IMG/VR virus record: IMGVR_UViG_3300033182_000943
Coordinates: 1-63,597 of that record
Direction: 5' to 3' (one strand)
Length of the DNA stretch: 63,597 nt
Source of the DNA: a virus
Lineage: Duplodnaviria; Caudoviricetes
The notes under the pieces were generated by a model. It was not told the origin of the DNA, did not search any database, and worked only from the letters and a program-made list of their open reading frames with translations. Shown one piece after another: positions 16,619-27,306 of this stretch; positions within the stretch are counted from its first letter, which is position 1; every line of letters starts with the position of its first letter. The position numbers and the translations under genes were made by a program.

Positions 16619-17206
16619 ATGAAGCTATATGAAGGATACAACAAAAATAAAAGCATCACCATATTTGACGTGGATGATACCCTTGTTGTAACCAAGAGTA
16701 AGATAAAGGTTTATAACCCTAAGACTGGTTTCTCTACGGAGCTTACACCGCAAGAGTTCAATACCTTTCAACAAAGACCTAATGACAAGATGGATTTTTC
16801 GGATTTTCAAAATCCTAATATTCTTAAAGGTGGTCTGATCATTGAATGGGTATTTGAAATTTTAAAAAGAACAATTGCAAAAGGTCAACCTGTAGGTATT
16901 ATAACTGCTAGAGATAGTGCCGACCTTATCTATGATTTTCTCTCACATCATGGGGTTCATATTGATCCTCAATATATCTTTGCAATTAATGATCCTAGTT
17001 TAGGCTTCACAGGATCTACCGCAGAAAAGAAAAAAGAAGCCTTTATGAAATTCGTATCAATGGGATTCAGAAACTTTAAGTTCTTTGATGATGACAAAGA
17101 AAATGTTAACATAGCCAAAAAATTGGCAAGAGAGAATAAGGACATAAGAATGGATGCCACATTAATCAAACAAAAATGGATTCCAAAGTTCAACGACTTC
17201 AGTTAA
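16619..17206 (+). CDS. HAD-superfamily hydrolase
   Basis: IFDVDDTL, ITAR, FFDDDKEN. Confidence 0.85.
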   Translation: MKLYEGYNKNKSITIFDVDDTLVVTKSKIKVYNPKTGFSTELTPQEFNTFQQRPNDKMDFSDFQNPNILKGGLIIEWVFEILKRTIAKGQPVGIITARDSADLIYDFLSHHGVHIDPQYIFAINDPSLGFTGSTAEKKKEAFMKFVSMGFRNFKFFDDDKENVNIAKKLARENKDIRMDATLIKQKWIPKFNDFS

Positions 17207-17649
17207 AGTTAGATGTATTTGTAAATATTTTAACGAATATCAAAAACCTCTCTAATTCTTCAACTACAAAGGTTGGGTGCATGGCATTAAGAAAAGATTT
17301 TAGTAAAATTGCCAGCTTTGGATATAACGGATCTTATAGTGGTGCTGGTATTAATGATGAAACCGGAACAGAGGAAGATTCATTAGTACCTGGTGAAAGT
17401 GGGTTTATCCATGCTGAGGTTAATATGATTGCTAAATTCAAGGAGTATGATCCTGAAAATTACATTGTTCTATTGACACTTTCACCGTGTAAAATGTGCA
17501 CAAAGATTTTAGTTAATGCAGGTTTTAAACATGTTTATTGGCTAACCGACTACCGTGATACTGATCATCTTTCAATTTTTAAAAACGTAGGAGTTACTTC
17601 AGGTAACATTCAAAACCTATTAAGTGACTACCATTCCATAAAGGGTTGA
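17176..17649 (+). CDS. dCMP deaminase-like protein
   Basis: GYNG, HAEVN, LSPCKMC. Confidence 0.9.
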   Translation: MDSKVQRLQLKLDVFVNILTNIKNLSNSSTTKVGCMALRKDFSKIASFGYNGSYSGAGINDETGTEEDSLVPGESGFIHAEVNMIAKFKEYDPENYIVLLTLSPCKMCTKILVNAGFKHVYWLTDYRDTDHLSIFKNVGVTSGNIQNLLSDYHSIKG

Positions 17650-17674
17650 ATATATACAAAAAAGTATATTCCCA

Positions 17675-18250
17675 TTGGTAGTTGAGGCTCTTACATTTAA
17701 ATTAGCAATAGACTTTTTTAGATATCTCTCCAAGAATAAGATTAATCTTGAGAATACTAGACTAAGCTATTATGACCGCATTAAGCGAGAGTATGTAGGT
17801 TACTCTTCCATAGCTGATATGCAATCTTACTTTGATGAAAATTATCTTATCTTAGATAATTGCGTTTTAGGAGACCTGGTTTCAATTGAGACCTTTGGTA
17901 TAAGTAGTGATGTATATGATTTTAACACTGGTTACATTGGTACTGACGTTACTTCAAATTATAAACTAGTTTCAGGCTCTTCTTATGATATAGAAAGAAA
18001 TAGCCAATGGTTAATACTTAAGAATAGACAAATAGGATTAGTTAATAATGCAGTTGCTGATTATCTTAAGTTTTATAATGAAATAAAAATGATCTATGTT
18101 ACAGGTATTTACTCTCCGTGTTATGCGGTGCCTGGGTGGTCTCAGAATACTTGGTATCTAAAGTCTTTAAGAGAAGGGTTACTTAGAACAGACCCGGTTG
18201 ATCAATTTCCTTATGATAATACTAAGATAGAAAAAGAACCGCCTGCTTAA
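17675..18250 (+). CDS. hypothetical protein
   Basis: 191 aa; TTG start after a class III promoter. Confidence 0.6.
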   Translation: MVVEALTFKLAIDFFRYLSKNKINLENTRLSYYDRIKREYVGYSSIADMQSYFDENYLILDNCVLGDLVSIETFGISSDVYDFNTGYIGTDVTSNYKLVSGSSYDIERNSQWLILKNRQIGLVNNAVADYLKFYNEIKMIYVTGIYSPCYAVPGWSQNTWYLKSLREGLLRTDPVDQFPYDNTKIEKEPPA

Positions 18251-18278
18251 TAGAATAAATAAAAAAAGAATTGCATCA

Positions 18279-21194
18279 ATGGCATTTAATTTAAAAGAAT
18301 ACATTCTTTATAGAACCGAGATTAACCGTGAGCTTTTTAATAGTGAAGTTGACACTAACTTTAAAAGTGTTGCTAATCCATGGGTAGAAGAAAGAGTGTA
18401 TGAGGAAGGTAATATCGTATATCATCCAGTCACTGTTGAATTAGCAACAGGATCCGAGGAGGAGGCCTTAGCATGGTGGAGAGCAAACCAAAGAACAACG
18501 CAAGGTTCATTTGACACCAATGAATGGGACCTTATTGGAGGTATAGGTACTGGTGATATTACCATAGGTGCCCAACCTGGATTCGGAAAGATCGTTGTTA
18601 ATTACACTGGAACTACAGGTACTTTCCAAGCAGGCAATGATGCTGTTCTATCTGCAACGGTTCCTAATGATACCACTAGGCTTATAGGCGGTGCGGGTAT
18701 TAATCTGCAATATGATACCACAACAAATACAGTTAAGATAATTAATTCAGGTTCTGTTGGTGAAGCAAATCATGGAGTTAATATAGGTGTTGGCGGCCAG
18801 GATGTTTATGCAGGTTTAGATGGAACCGATTTAGAGTTTAGAGGATTTGATGTTAATGCTTCAAGTAGTCCTGCATTAACAATATCTTTAGATGCTACAA
18901 ATAATAATATTGAATACGGACTAAGTGAAGGAGCAATAAGCTTGGCTAACTTAGACGGTGGATCTCCTACCATTACAGATCTTTCTGACGTATCATCAAC
19001 ACCTCCTACAAATAATTACATTCTTCAGTGGAATAGTGGTACAGGTCTTTGGACTCCAGTAAGTGTTGCTTCATCAGGTGCACAAGGTCCTCAAGGTTAC
19101 CAAGGTTACCAAGGTTACCAAGGACTTACTGGTTCTGGTGCTACTGGTGCTACTGGTGTAGCCGGCCCACAAGGTAATACTGGTGGATCTGGGGCAACTG
19201 GACCTATAGGATATACTGGAGCAACCGGTTCTGGTGCTACTGGGGCAACCGGTCCACAGGGATTTGATGGAGAGCAAGGAAATGTTGGTGCCACTGGTTC
19301 TGGTGCTACTGGGGCAACCGGTCCTGCTGGGACTGGAGCAACTGGAGCAACTGGTCCTGCTGGGACTGGTGCCACTGGAGCAACTGGTCCTGCTGGGACT
19401 GGAGCAACTGGAGCAACTGGTCCTGCTGGGACTGGTGCCACTGGAGCAACTGGTCCTGCTGGGACTGGTGCCACTGGAGCAACCGGTCCTGTTGGTGCAA
19501 CTGGTGCTGGTTCCATTGGAGCAACCGGTAATCAGGGTGATCCTGGTTCTATTGGAGCAACTGGGGCTCAGGGTGATACTGGGTTTACTGGAGCAACTGG
19601 CTCTGGTTCCATTGGAGCAACTGGGGCTCAAGGTGATACTGGGTTTACTGGTTCAACTGGAGCCCAAGGAGATACGGGATTTACTGGTTCAACCGGAGCC
19701 CAGGGTGATACCGGGTTTACTGGTGCCACTGGATCTGGTCTCACTGGAGCTACTGGAGCCCAGGGCGATACCGGGTTTACTGGTGCCACTGGATCTGGTC
19801 TCACTGGAGCTACTGGAGCCCAGGGTGATACCGGGTTTACTGGAGCCACTGGTGCCCAAGGGAATATTGGAGCCACTGGAGCCCAAGGAGATACCGGGTT
19901 TACCGGTTCAACTGGAGTGCAAGGTGATACAGGATTTACTGGAGCTACTGGTTCTGGTCTCACTGGAGCAACTGGGGCACAAGGTGATACCGGGTTTACT
20001 GGTGCCACCGGATCTTCTGGAGCCCAAGGATTTACAGGTGCAACTGGAGCCCAAGGTGATACAGGATTTACCGGTTCAACTGGGTCTTCTGGGGCCCAAG
20101 GATTTACCGGGTTCACTGGAGCTACTGGCGTAAAAGGATTTACTGGAGCTACTGGAGCACAGGGATTTACTGGAGCTACTGGAGCACAGGGTAACGATGG
20201 TGGTATTGGTGCCGATGGTTCAAATGCACTTAGATGGGAATTTGGTGGTGTTTCAATATCTAATCCACCGTCAGGAGAATTTTATGCTAATAATGTAAAC
20301 ACTGGCGGTGTTGGATCTTTTAATATTAGTTATGATGATACAAACTCAACTAACGTAAGTACATGGCTTTCTAATTTGGAAGCAGGTGATACTCTTGCTA
20401 TTTACCAATTAGACAACACTTCACAGTTTGGAATTTATATAGTCAATTCAGTCACAGACGTTCCGGCTGATAGTTACTATACAATTACTTTTAGCTCGGT
20501 GGTTGCTTCTAGCGGATCATTTAGTATTGGTGAAACGTGGTCCATTTCTTATAACAAAGCCGGTAATACTGGAGCTACTGGGTTAACTGGAGCTACTGGG
20601 GCGCAAGGTGCTACTGGTGGTTCAAGTACACTAGGTAAAGAAAATCCTATAGCAGAAACATCAATCTATATTCAGGGTGGACTTCCAGTTGTATCAACAT
20701 ATGCGGTCTGCGGTCGGAACACTGATGGGGGCTGGTCTCAAAACTGGACCGCTGCTAGTGGACAGATAAATTCAAGTACCTTGAGATTAAGTTATGATTA
20801 TTCTAATGCTGCAATTAATCTGATAGATGATCTCCAGGCGGACCAGGCAATATATGTTAGATATAAAATTACATGGCCACATGTTGGCGGTACCAGCGGT
20901 GATATAGGAATTCGTGCATTTAAACATACGTGCGGTGATGATGATGGTGCTGGGTCCATGAACATTCAAAATATAAATTCAGCAGGATATACTTCATCCA
21001 CCACGGTTTATGATGGTAGTGGTAATTGGGCAACCGATTGTGGAGTGGCTGTATTACCGTTGACCCAAGTGGTTACTGCTTCTACCGATAGAATCTTTAT
21101 AGGTTTTGCTGTAAATGTATCTGAAAGAGAATTGCAAACCGCTAACATTCAACTTTCATGGAAGGCATGGGTAGATGATGCCCCAGTTCCGTAA
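18279..21194 (+). CDS. collagen-like repeat fibre protein
   Basis: Long Gly-X-Y tract (GAT/GFT/GAQ/GDT) flanked by globular domains. Confidence 0.85.
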   Translation: MAFNLKEYILYRTEINRELFNSEVDTNFKSVANPWVEERVYEEGNIVYHPVTVELATGSEEEALAWWRANQRTTQGSFDTNEWDLIGGIGTGDITIGAQPGFGKIVVNYTGTTGTFQAGNDAVLSATVPNDTTRLIGGAGINLQYDTTTNTVKIINSGSVGEANHGVNIGVGGQDVYAGLDGTDLEFRGFDVNASSSPALTISLDATNNNIEYGLSEGAISLANLDGGSPTITDLSDVSSTPPTNNYILQWNSGTGLWTPVSVASSGAQGPQGYQGYQGYQGLTGSGATGATGVAGPQGNTGGSGATGPIGYTGATGSGATGATGPQGFDGEQGNVGATGSGATGATGPAGTGATGATGPAGTGATGATGPAGTGATGATGPAGTGATGATGPAGTGATGATGPVGATGAGSIGATGNQGDPGSIGATGAQGDTGFTGATGSGSIGATGAQGDTGFTGSTGAQGDTGFTGSTGAQGDTGFTGATGSGLTGATGAQGDTGFTGATGSGLTGATGAQGDTGFTGATGAQGNIGATGAQGDTGFTGSTGVQGDTGFTGATGSGLTGATGAQGDTGFTGATGSSGAQGFTGATGAQGDTGFTGSTGSSGAQGFTGFTGATGVKGFTGATGAQGFTGATGAQGNDGGIGADGSNALRWEFGGVSISNPPSGEFYANNVNTGGVGSFNISYDDTNSTNVSTWLSNLEAGDTLAIYQLDNTSQFGIYIVNSVTDVPADSYYTITFSSVVASSGSFSIGETWSISYNKAGNTGATGLTGATGAQGATGGSSTLGKENPIAETSIYIQGGLPVVSTYAVCGRNTDGGWSQNWTAASGQINSSTLRLSYDYSNAAINLIDDLQADQAIYVRYKITWPHVGGTSGDIGIRAFKHTCGDDDGAGSMNIQNINSAGYTSSTTVYDGSGNWATDCGVAVLPLTQVVTASTDRIFIGFAVNVSERELQTANIQLSWKAWVDDAPVP
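19078..20210 (+). repeat. collagen-coding tandem repeats (33-bp and 60-bp units)
   Basis: [11 protein letters not shown] about 5 times; [20 protein letters not shown] repeated at 60-bp period. Confidence 0.9.
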
Positions 21195-21219
21195 ACAATT
21201 TGATTAATTTTCCGTATAA
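21193..21219 (+). promoter_or_regulatory. class II promoter AAAC-N18-TATAA
   Basis: Motif match. Confidence 0.6.
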
Positions 21220-21229
21220 AAAATAAACA

Positions 21230-21727
21230 ATGGTAGATAGTATAGAAACCGTAGACCCTATTAAGTATCAGTGGATTAAAGGAGATAAGATAGGTACGGT
21301 AGAAATTCTTGATAAACAAGAGGGTGAATGGTCAATTTTTAAAAGTGGAGGTAGAATTAATACCTCACTTATACCAGAATTTATGTTAGAGGTTGATGGT
21401 GAAGAGTTGGATTTTGATCCGCCAACACCAGCTCTTGTTAATGCAGCAGAGACATATAAGAAACGGGTAAAAAACCAACCTAAGAATACATCACCAATAC
21501 GTACTCTGTTAGATAAACAAAAGAAACTTGATAAACATAATATTCAAATTTCAATTCCTATAGACTTACTTAGTCTTGATATGTATAGTTTACTTAGTAC
21601 TTCATTTGATGAAGAAGAAGTAAATCAAGAACTCCAACAATTTATAGAAGATCAAATCCAATCGGATAAGGTTATAGGTATGGTACAGGAAAGTATCCAA
21701 TCTCTCATTAAAGAGAGATACTCATAA
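21230..21727 (+). CDS. hypothetical protein
   Basis: 165 aa ORF. Confidence 0.75.
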   Translation: MVDSIETVDPIKYQWIKGDKIGTVEILDKQEGEWSIFKSGGRINTSLIPEFMLEVDGEELDFDPPTPALVNAAETYKKRVKNQPKNTSPIRTLLDKQKKLDKHNIQISIPIDLLSLDMYSLLSTSFDEEEVNQELQQFIEDQIQSDKVIGMVQESIQSLIKERYS

Positions 21728-21770
21728 TAACAGCTACAAATAATAGATAATATATAATAAAATTGAAAGT

Positions 21771-22145
21771 ATGAATAACATTCCTAATCGTAGAGAAAGA
21801 AGAGCCGCAATGCGCTACCAAGGTGTCCTAAAGGCTAAAAGCAAATTACCTTTTGCTAAATGGCTAGAACTTATTAGAGAAACTAATAAACAAGGTAAGG
21901 AAATATTTGAAACCAAAAGAGATGCTACTGAACAATCTATTGCAGATCAATTGGAAGCCAAAGAATTGGTACAAATTGAGAGATGGAAAGAACAGGGATA
22001 TACACAAGAAGAAATTGAAAAGCTTAGAGAAGCTTGGGCCATTCTTACCATTAGGGATAAAGAAACTTGGCATACAGATAAAAAGGTAGCTAGAAAAATT
22101 TTAAAAGAAACTTCTGAAGCTCTGTATAATAGAAAGAATGATTAA
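21771..22145 (+). CDS. hypothetical protein
   Basis: PNRRERR start; helical. Confidence 0.75.
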   Translation: MNNIPNRRERRAAMRYQGVLKAKSKLPFAKWLELIRETNKQGKEIFETKRDATEQSIADQLEAKELVQIERWKEQGYTQEEIEKLREAWAILTIRDKETWHTDKKVARKILKETSEALYNRKND

Positions 22146-22467
22146 GATAGTTTTAGAACCAGCAAGAAATGGTGTCATTAAAAGAATCATAGATGATAAT
22201 CACGGTGGGAGTAAAGAAAGATGGTCCTCTACTGATGTATATGAAAGTAGCGACGATGACACGTCAGACTATCATTATGTGATGAAATTCTTTTATGAAC
22301 TATGTGAAGATTTAGGAATTAATTTAGGAAATAAATTTAACAAAAAGGTTGTCAAAATTGATACCGCATGGGGTACTCATTATGAACCTTCTGCTAAAGA
22401 AATTGATTCAAAAATAAAAGAGCTCGAGGCAGAGATACAATTACTTAAAGAATGGAAGAATTCTTAG
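22138..22467 (+). CDS. hypothetical protein
   Basis: 109 aa, coupled to neighbours. Confidence 0.75.
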   Translation: MIKIVLEPARNGVIKRIIDDNHGGSKERWSSTDVYESSDDDTSDYHYVMKFFYELCEDLGINLGNKFNKKVVKIDTAWGTHYEPSAKEIDSKIKELEAEIQLLKEWKNS

Positions 22468-22850
22468 ACTTTGTTTTTGTACATTCTAAAGATGCACTAA
22501 AGGTAAAAACATTTTTAGGTACGGTTCCTAGAAATATAGAGTGCATCAATTATATGGATATTTACAACAAATTAACTAAGAATGATTACTTTCAAACTGA
22601 ACCATCCGATGCTGTAGTATCATCTTATCTGATGAGGCAGTTACAGAATCTAATAAACAAAGATACCACCAGAACAATATACTATGTATTGGAGGAATTG
22701 GATGAAGACATTATTTTAGGAATAAAAGAATATGTACTATCATTAGCAGATAAAGATGTTAATTACCATCTGATAGTATCGGATGATTTAATTGATGCGG
22801 TAAACGGTTCAGCAAAACTTTTTGAGTCGGTCAATGAATTTGAAGTGTAA
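22452..22850 (+). CDS. hypothetical protein
   Basis: 132 aa, coupled to neighbours. Confidence 0.75.
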   Translation: MEEFLDFVFVHSKDALKVKTFLGTVPRNIECINYMDIYNKLTKNDYFQTEPSDAVVSSYLMRQLQNLINKDTTRTIYYVLEELDEDIILGIKEYVLSLADKDVNYHLIVSDDLIDAVNGSAKLFESVNEFEV

Positions 22851-23413
22851 TGAAGGCTCATCGTATTTTTACAAAAGGGCAGATTGTCTATTGTCTATTA
22901 TCATCTCATAGTAGACCTAATATCTTATTACCCGTAAAAGGTATCATAGTTGATACATCATGGGATCCAGTAAATCCTTTATATAAAATTAGGATAACTA
23001 AGATGTATGATAATATGGGTTATCTAAAAACTCATTTCTTTGATATGAATTTTAAATATGAGTTTGATAACCGTGCTAGAAAAATGCCTCTTAAAAAAGA
23101 AGACTATAAAACCACAAAGTCTTTAGAGGATAGGTTTAAAGAAAAGGACCACGAAAGATTCTATGTTATAGTTGAATCTGTTATGTGTACCAAAACAAAA
23201 ATAGACTTACAGGAATTATTTGGCCGGGTACAATTCTATATCATATCCAAGAACCTTAAAGAGATAAGAGAAACTTCAGCCAGACCTTTTTATAAAGGTA
23301 CCCTTTCTATAGATGGTGTAAAAGAATTTGATGCAAGGTTCAAAAAAGGTTGGAAAGATAAATTTGAAAACTCTGATATAGACATTGATAAGTATCTCAA
23401 TAGCTTAGGCTAA
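22850..23413 (+). CDS. hypothetical protein
   Basis: 187 aa, TAATG coupling. Confidence 0.75.
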   Translation: MKAHRIFTKGQIVYCLLSSHSRPNILLPVKGIIVDTSWDPVNPLYKIRITKMYDNMGYLKTHFFDMNFKYEFDNRARKMPLKKEDYKTTKSLEDRFKEKDHERFYVIVESVMCTKTKIDLQELFGRVQFYIISKNLKEIRETSARPFYKGTLSIDGVKEFDARFKKGWKDKFENSDIDIDKYLNSLG

Positions 23414-23440
23414 ATATATACAAAAAATAGATCATAGTCT

Positions 23441-25237
23441 ATGGCGTTTAATCTCAAGGATACAATCAACGATTTAAATGATGCAATGGCACCTTTCCCA
23501 TCTAGTAATAGTGGAGATAGGTTATCTGCTTTTGGTGGGGAGTCTGCTGGTTTTGCTCATGGTTTTGCCGAAGAATACGCAAAGGCTTTTTATGCAGAAA
23601 AGACCGACCCTGATGCATACACTGTAGCAAAAGGTCAAGGTGCCATACCGCGCTCTATTTTTAATCAATACGCCTTATTTAATTTTAAAGGTATGTATGG
23701 GTCTTTGGCTGGTGATGTTTCAGCTGATTATAGAGATTCGGAAAATAATTCTTTAATGGGTGGAGCTGATGCTAAGAATGTATCAGTAACCAGCCTAGTG
23801 GGAGCCTTTTCAGAAAGATATCCAAAGATAAGCTATAAGGCACAGGACTTTTTATATGCTAAGTATTATAAGAAAATTCCAATCAACCATCTGATTACTT
23901 TAAGAAGATTTCCTACACCAGTGGTTGATAATATTTTTGAAACTTCAATAACACCGGCACCTAAAGAAAAAGGAGAGGCGTTCGGTGATCCGGTTGATTC
24001 AACCCAAACCGCTGGGGTTACTGCTGTTACTTACTTAAGTGAAACTGCTGGAAATAAGCTTGATGATATTCTTAAGTTTACATACGGACTTACCTGGAAA
24101 GAAGTAGAATCAGAAATGGAAAGTATATCATCTGGTGATGGTGGTTATACACAGCAACCTTTTTACAGTAAAATTGGTGGAGCTGGTAGAGCAATCGCCG
24201 ATGCGTTAAAAGGAGATTCGGCTGGTGCTAAATTTAGAAAATCTATAAACTCAACTGGAGATAAGTTAGGAACTACATATGCAAATTTTGTAATTGGACC
24301 AGTTAACGTTGTTAATAAAACTACCGTCAGGGATCGCGGTATTAATTTTGCAAATGATATAACTCTTAACTTTGAATATGAACTTAAATCTCTGTCATAC
24401 GTTAATCCTAAAATTGCAATGATTGACATTATGAGTAATATGTTAACTATGACAACTAATAATGCCCAGTTCTTTGGTGGGGGTCACCGGTACTATGGAA
24501 GCGGTGGTTATGTTGCTAGTCAATTTGGTGATATTAGTAAACTTAGAAACGGTGACTTTGCTGGATATATTGGTAGTGTGGTATCTGATGTAGAGACCGG
24601 TATGAAACAAGTATTTGGTGGTGGTGCATCTGGTGGTGGAGATTTTAGTCTAGAAAATATTCTTGAAGGGTTTAAGACAGTAGGTAAAACAATGCTAGGT
24701 AATATGCTAGGTGGTTTCCTTGGAGAAAATGTAGGAGCGGTTGGTGGTACACAGGCTACCAAGGCATTCATTAGCGCTGAACCGACTGGGGACTGGCATA
24801 TTACAGTAGGTAATCCTTTTAACCCAATTGTTATGATGGGTAATATGTATTGTGATAGTACTACAATGACATTAGGTAGCGGTTTAGGTTATGATGACTT
24901 TCCAATGGAGGTTAAATTTGAAGTTGGATTAAAGCACGGTAAGCCAAGAGATAAAGGCGATATTGAAAATATGTTTAATGCAGGTAAAGGTAGAATATAT
25001 GCATCTGCTGCAGGTGAAGATGATATTCTTAACCTAAGAGGATTAGATGTTGCTACATACGGTTCGGTTAAAGCAGGAACTACAAATATTCAATCTGGGC
25101 AAGCAGCCAATGCGATGGGTGCATCCCCATCGTCTGTAAATAATAGTAATGTTTCAAACATTAAAAAACAGGGTAGCAGTTCAACTGAGTCTGGTGAATA
25201 TGTTTCAAACTTAGTATCTATGGTAATTGATTCTTAA
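23441..25237 (+). CDS. putative baseplate/tail-associated protein
   Basis: 598 aa; first gene of the baseplate operon after a class III promoter. Confidence 0.6.
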   Translation: MAFNLKDTINDLNDAMAPFPSSNSGDRLSAFGGESAGFAHGFAEEYAKAFYAEKTDPDAYTVAKGQGAIPRSIFNQYALFNFKGMYGSLAGDVSADYRDSENNSLMGGADAKNVSVTSLVGAFSERYPKISYKAQDFLYAKYYKKIPINHLITLRRFPTPVVDNIFETSITPAPKEKGEAFGDPVDSTQTAGVTAVTYLSETAGNKLDDILKFTYGLTWKEVESEMESISSGDGGYTQQPFYSKIGGAGRAIADALKGDSAGAKFRKSINSTGDKLGTTYANFVIGPVNVVNKTTVRDRGINFANDITLNFEYELKSLSYVNPKIAMIDIMSNMLTMTTNNAQFFGGGHRYYGSGGYVASQFGDISKLRNGDFAGYIGSVVSDVETGMKQVFGGGASGGGDFSLENILEGFKTVGKTMLGNMLGGFLGENVGAVGGTQATKAFISAEPTGDWHITVGNPFNPIVMMGNMYCDSTTMTLGSGLGYDDFPMEVKFEVGLKHGKPRDKGDIENMFNAGKGRIYASAAGEDDILNLRGLDVATYGSVKAGTTNIQSGQAANAMGASPSSVNNSNVSNIKKQGSSSTESGEYVSNLVSMVIDS

Positions 25238-25240
25238 GGC

Positions 25241-25789
25241 ATGAATATAAAAAGTTTAAATTTAAAGAATAAGCTCATAGATGATAATACTGGCCAGTAT
25301 TATTATGATTTAACGGCACCTTCATTTATTTATGATTCTGATTTAGGTGTAAAGGCATTGCATTATGTGTTACCAGATCAAGTTGGTAGGATAGATAAAA
25401 TATCGGAAATCTATTTTGGTAGTGGGGAATTTATTGACGCAATATGTGTAGTGAATAACATCTTTAATCCTTTTTCTTTAAGTGAAGGTGATGTTTTAGT
25501 TATACCTAATTTAGCTAGAAAGGATTTAGTATATAAGAGACCTAATCCTGCGAGCAGACCTACTAATCCACAGGAAGCTTATATTGATACTGGAAGAATG
25601 TCCGAAAAGGACCAGAGTAGAATACAAAGATTAATTGAAAAGGCAAAGACTAAGAAGTCTGGGGTTAAGACCCCAATGCCACCTAATATGTTACAACCTG
25701 GCCAAGAGGCTAAGAAGTACGAAGGCGGTAAGGTTAAACTAGGTACTAATCTTAATTCAAGAAGTACGTTTACTAATAACCCTGAATAA
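25241..25789 (+). CDS. baseplate wedge protein, gp53/LysM-like
   Basis: GRIDKISEIYFG...NNIFNPF...GDVLVIP. Confidence 0.75.
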   Translation: MNIKSLNLKNKLIDDNTGQYYYDLTAPSFIYDSDLGVKALHYVLPDQVGRIDKISEIYFGSGEFIDAICVVNNIFNPFSLSEGDVLVIPNLARKDLVYKRPNPASRPTNPQEAYIDTGRMSEKDQSRIQRLIEKAKTKKSGVKTPMPPNMLQPGQEAKKYEGGKVKLGTNLNSRSTFTNNPE

Positions 25790-25791
25790 GA

Positions 25792-27285
25792 ATGTCAGCT
25801 GTAGATAGAAACATATTAACGGTCATTGAACCGACAATCGTATTGGATGAATTGGCGATACCTGATTTTGAAAGCGGTAGCGATAACCAGGTTGGTGATG
25901 GTGAACCTCCTATGGTTGAAAAGGGTTCAAAGTTTAGTACTATGATACCTCTCATTAGAGTAAATCAATATGAAATACAGGGTGATAGATTGGAGATGTT
26001 TGAGCTGAGTTGTACAGGCTTTTATCCAACATGTAGATTTTCTTTTTATGACAGGGATGGTTTATTTACTGCTAGACATTACCCCAAAGACGGGGACATT
26101 ATCCAACTTAATATTAGATCACAAGGTGAAGAAACTACATTTAAGCCTATAAGAATTGATTTTACGATTGAAGATATTAAACCAATGGGAGGTGGTGGAT
26201 CTACTAACTCTTCTTCACAACTTATGATAAGCGGTAGAATGCATGTACCTAATCTATTTACAGAAAAGGTTCAGTTCCAAGATAACACCAGTTGGAATTC
26301 ATTACTTTCAATTGCAGAAGAACTCCAATTAGGATATGCATCAAATGTTGAAGATACTGATGACCAACAGATATGGACTAATCCGTATGACACTGCATAT
26401 AAGTTTATGCAAGACATTACTGCAAATAGTTACCTAAACGATGATTCGTTTTTTACTTCGTATATAGATCCTTATTATTACTTAACTATGGTTGATGTAA
26501 ATAAGTTATTTGATAATGAAGACCAGGACCTAGAAGCAGTAAAAGCCTTTTTACAAAATGCACCTGATACTATTGGAAGAAATGACGGAGACGATTCAGA
26601 TTTTGATGCACCTTACTTTTTAAGTAGCCTTACTCAATATCAAGGTACTGCAAATTACATTTCAAAATATCAGCAGGTTAATAAGAGTGGTCAAATTTCA
26701 AAAAACAATGGATATAAAAGATATACTCAGTATTGGGATTTAGAAGCAAAGGAATTTATTAGTGAGTTTGTTGATCCTATAGTTGGTGATACACCAGGTA
26801 TGGTACCGGCAACTAAAGGAAGGTTGGTACAAGGGGAAGTAGAAGGACCGAGAAATGATCAAGTAAAGTTTAAGTACTTAGGGACACAGGGTGATAATGT
26901 ACATGCTAATTATTACTATGGTTCTATTCTTAACTATCAAAATATGCAAGAGATTGAAAAGTTTGGAATGGAATTAGAGTTAGATACAATTAACCCATCC
27001 ATTTTTAGGTACAGTAGAATATATGTTGAAATTATTGAAACTGCAACAAATGTTAAGAGTGTTTTAACTGGACCTGATAATGATGACAATGTTCCAGAAG
27101 ATGCGCAAAGAAGGCAGGATAAAGATCCTGAGGTTACTGCTGATAAGACGAGTGACACAGGAATAAAGAATGAATACTTATCAGGTTTTTATGTCATAAC
27201 AGGAATTGAATATATTTTAACAAAACCTGGTGGTGTTAGACAGAGACTTCATTTAAGAAGGCGAGAAGTGGTTCCAACAACATAA
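25792..27285 (+). CDS. putative baseplate hub (gp27-like)
   Basis: C-terminal LSGFYVITGIEY; genomic context. Confidence 0.6.
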   Translation: MSAVDRNILTVIEPTIVLDELAIPDFESGSDNQVGDGEPPMVEKGSKFSTMIPLIRVNQYEIQGDRLEMFELSCTGFYPTCRFSFYDRDGLFTARHYPKDGDIIQLNIRSQGEETTFKPIRIDFTIEDIKPMGGGGSTNSSSQLMISGRMHVPNLFTEKVQFQDNTSWNSLLSIAEELQLGYASNVEDTDDQQIWTNPYDTAYKFMQDITANSYLNDDSFFTSYIDPYYYLTMVDVNKLFDNEDQDLEAVKAFLQNAPDTIGRNDGDDSDFDAPYFLSSLTQYQGTANYISKYQQVNKSGQISKNNGYKRYTQYWDLEAKEFISEFVDPIVGDTPGMVPATKGRLVQGEVEGPRNDQVKFKYLGTQGDNVHANYYYGSILNYQNMQEIEKFGMELELDTINPSIFRYSRIYVEIIETATNVKSVLTGPDNDDNVPEDAQRRQDKDPEVTADKTSDTGIKNEYLSGFYVITGIEYILTKPGGVRQRLHLRRREVVPTT

Positions 27286-27306
27286 AATAAATAAAATAAA
27301 CCTAGT

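Noticed and set aside
19074-20133. Long alternative-frame and antisense ORFs, or a CRISPR-like array
   Set aside because: These are shadows of the collagen codon repeats; there is no repeat-plus-unique-spacer structure.
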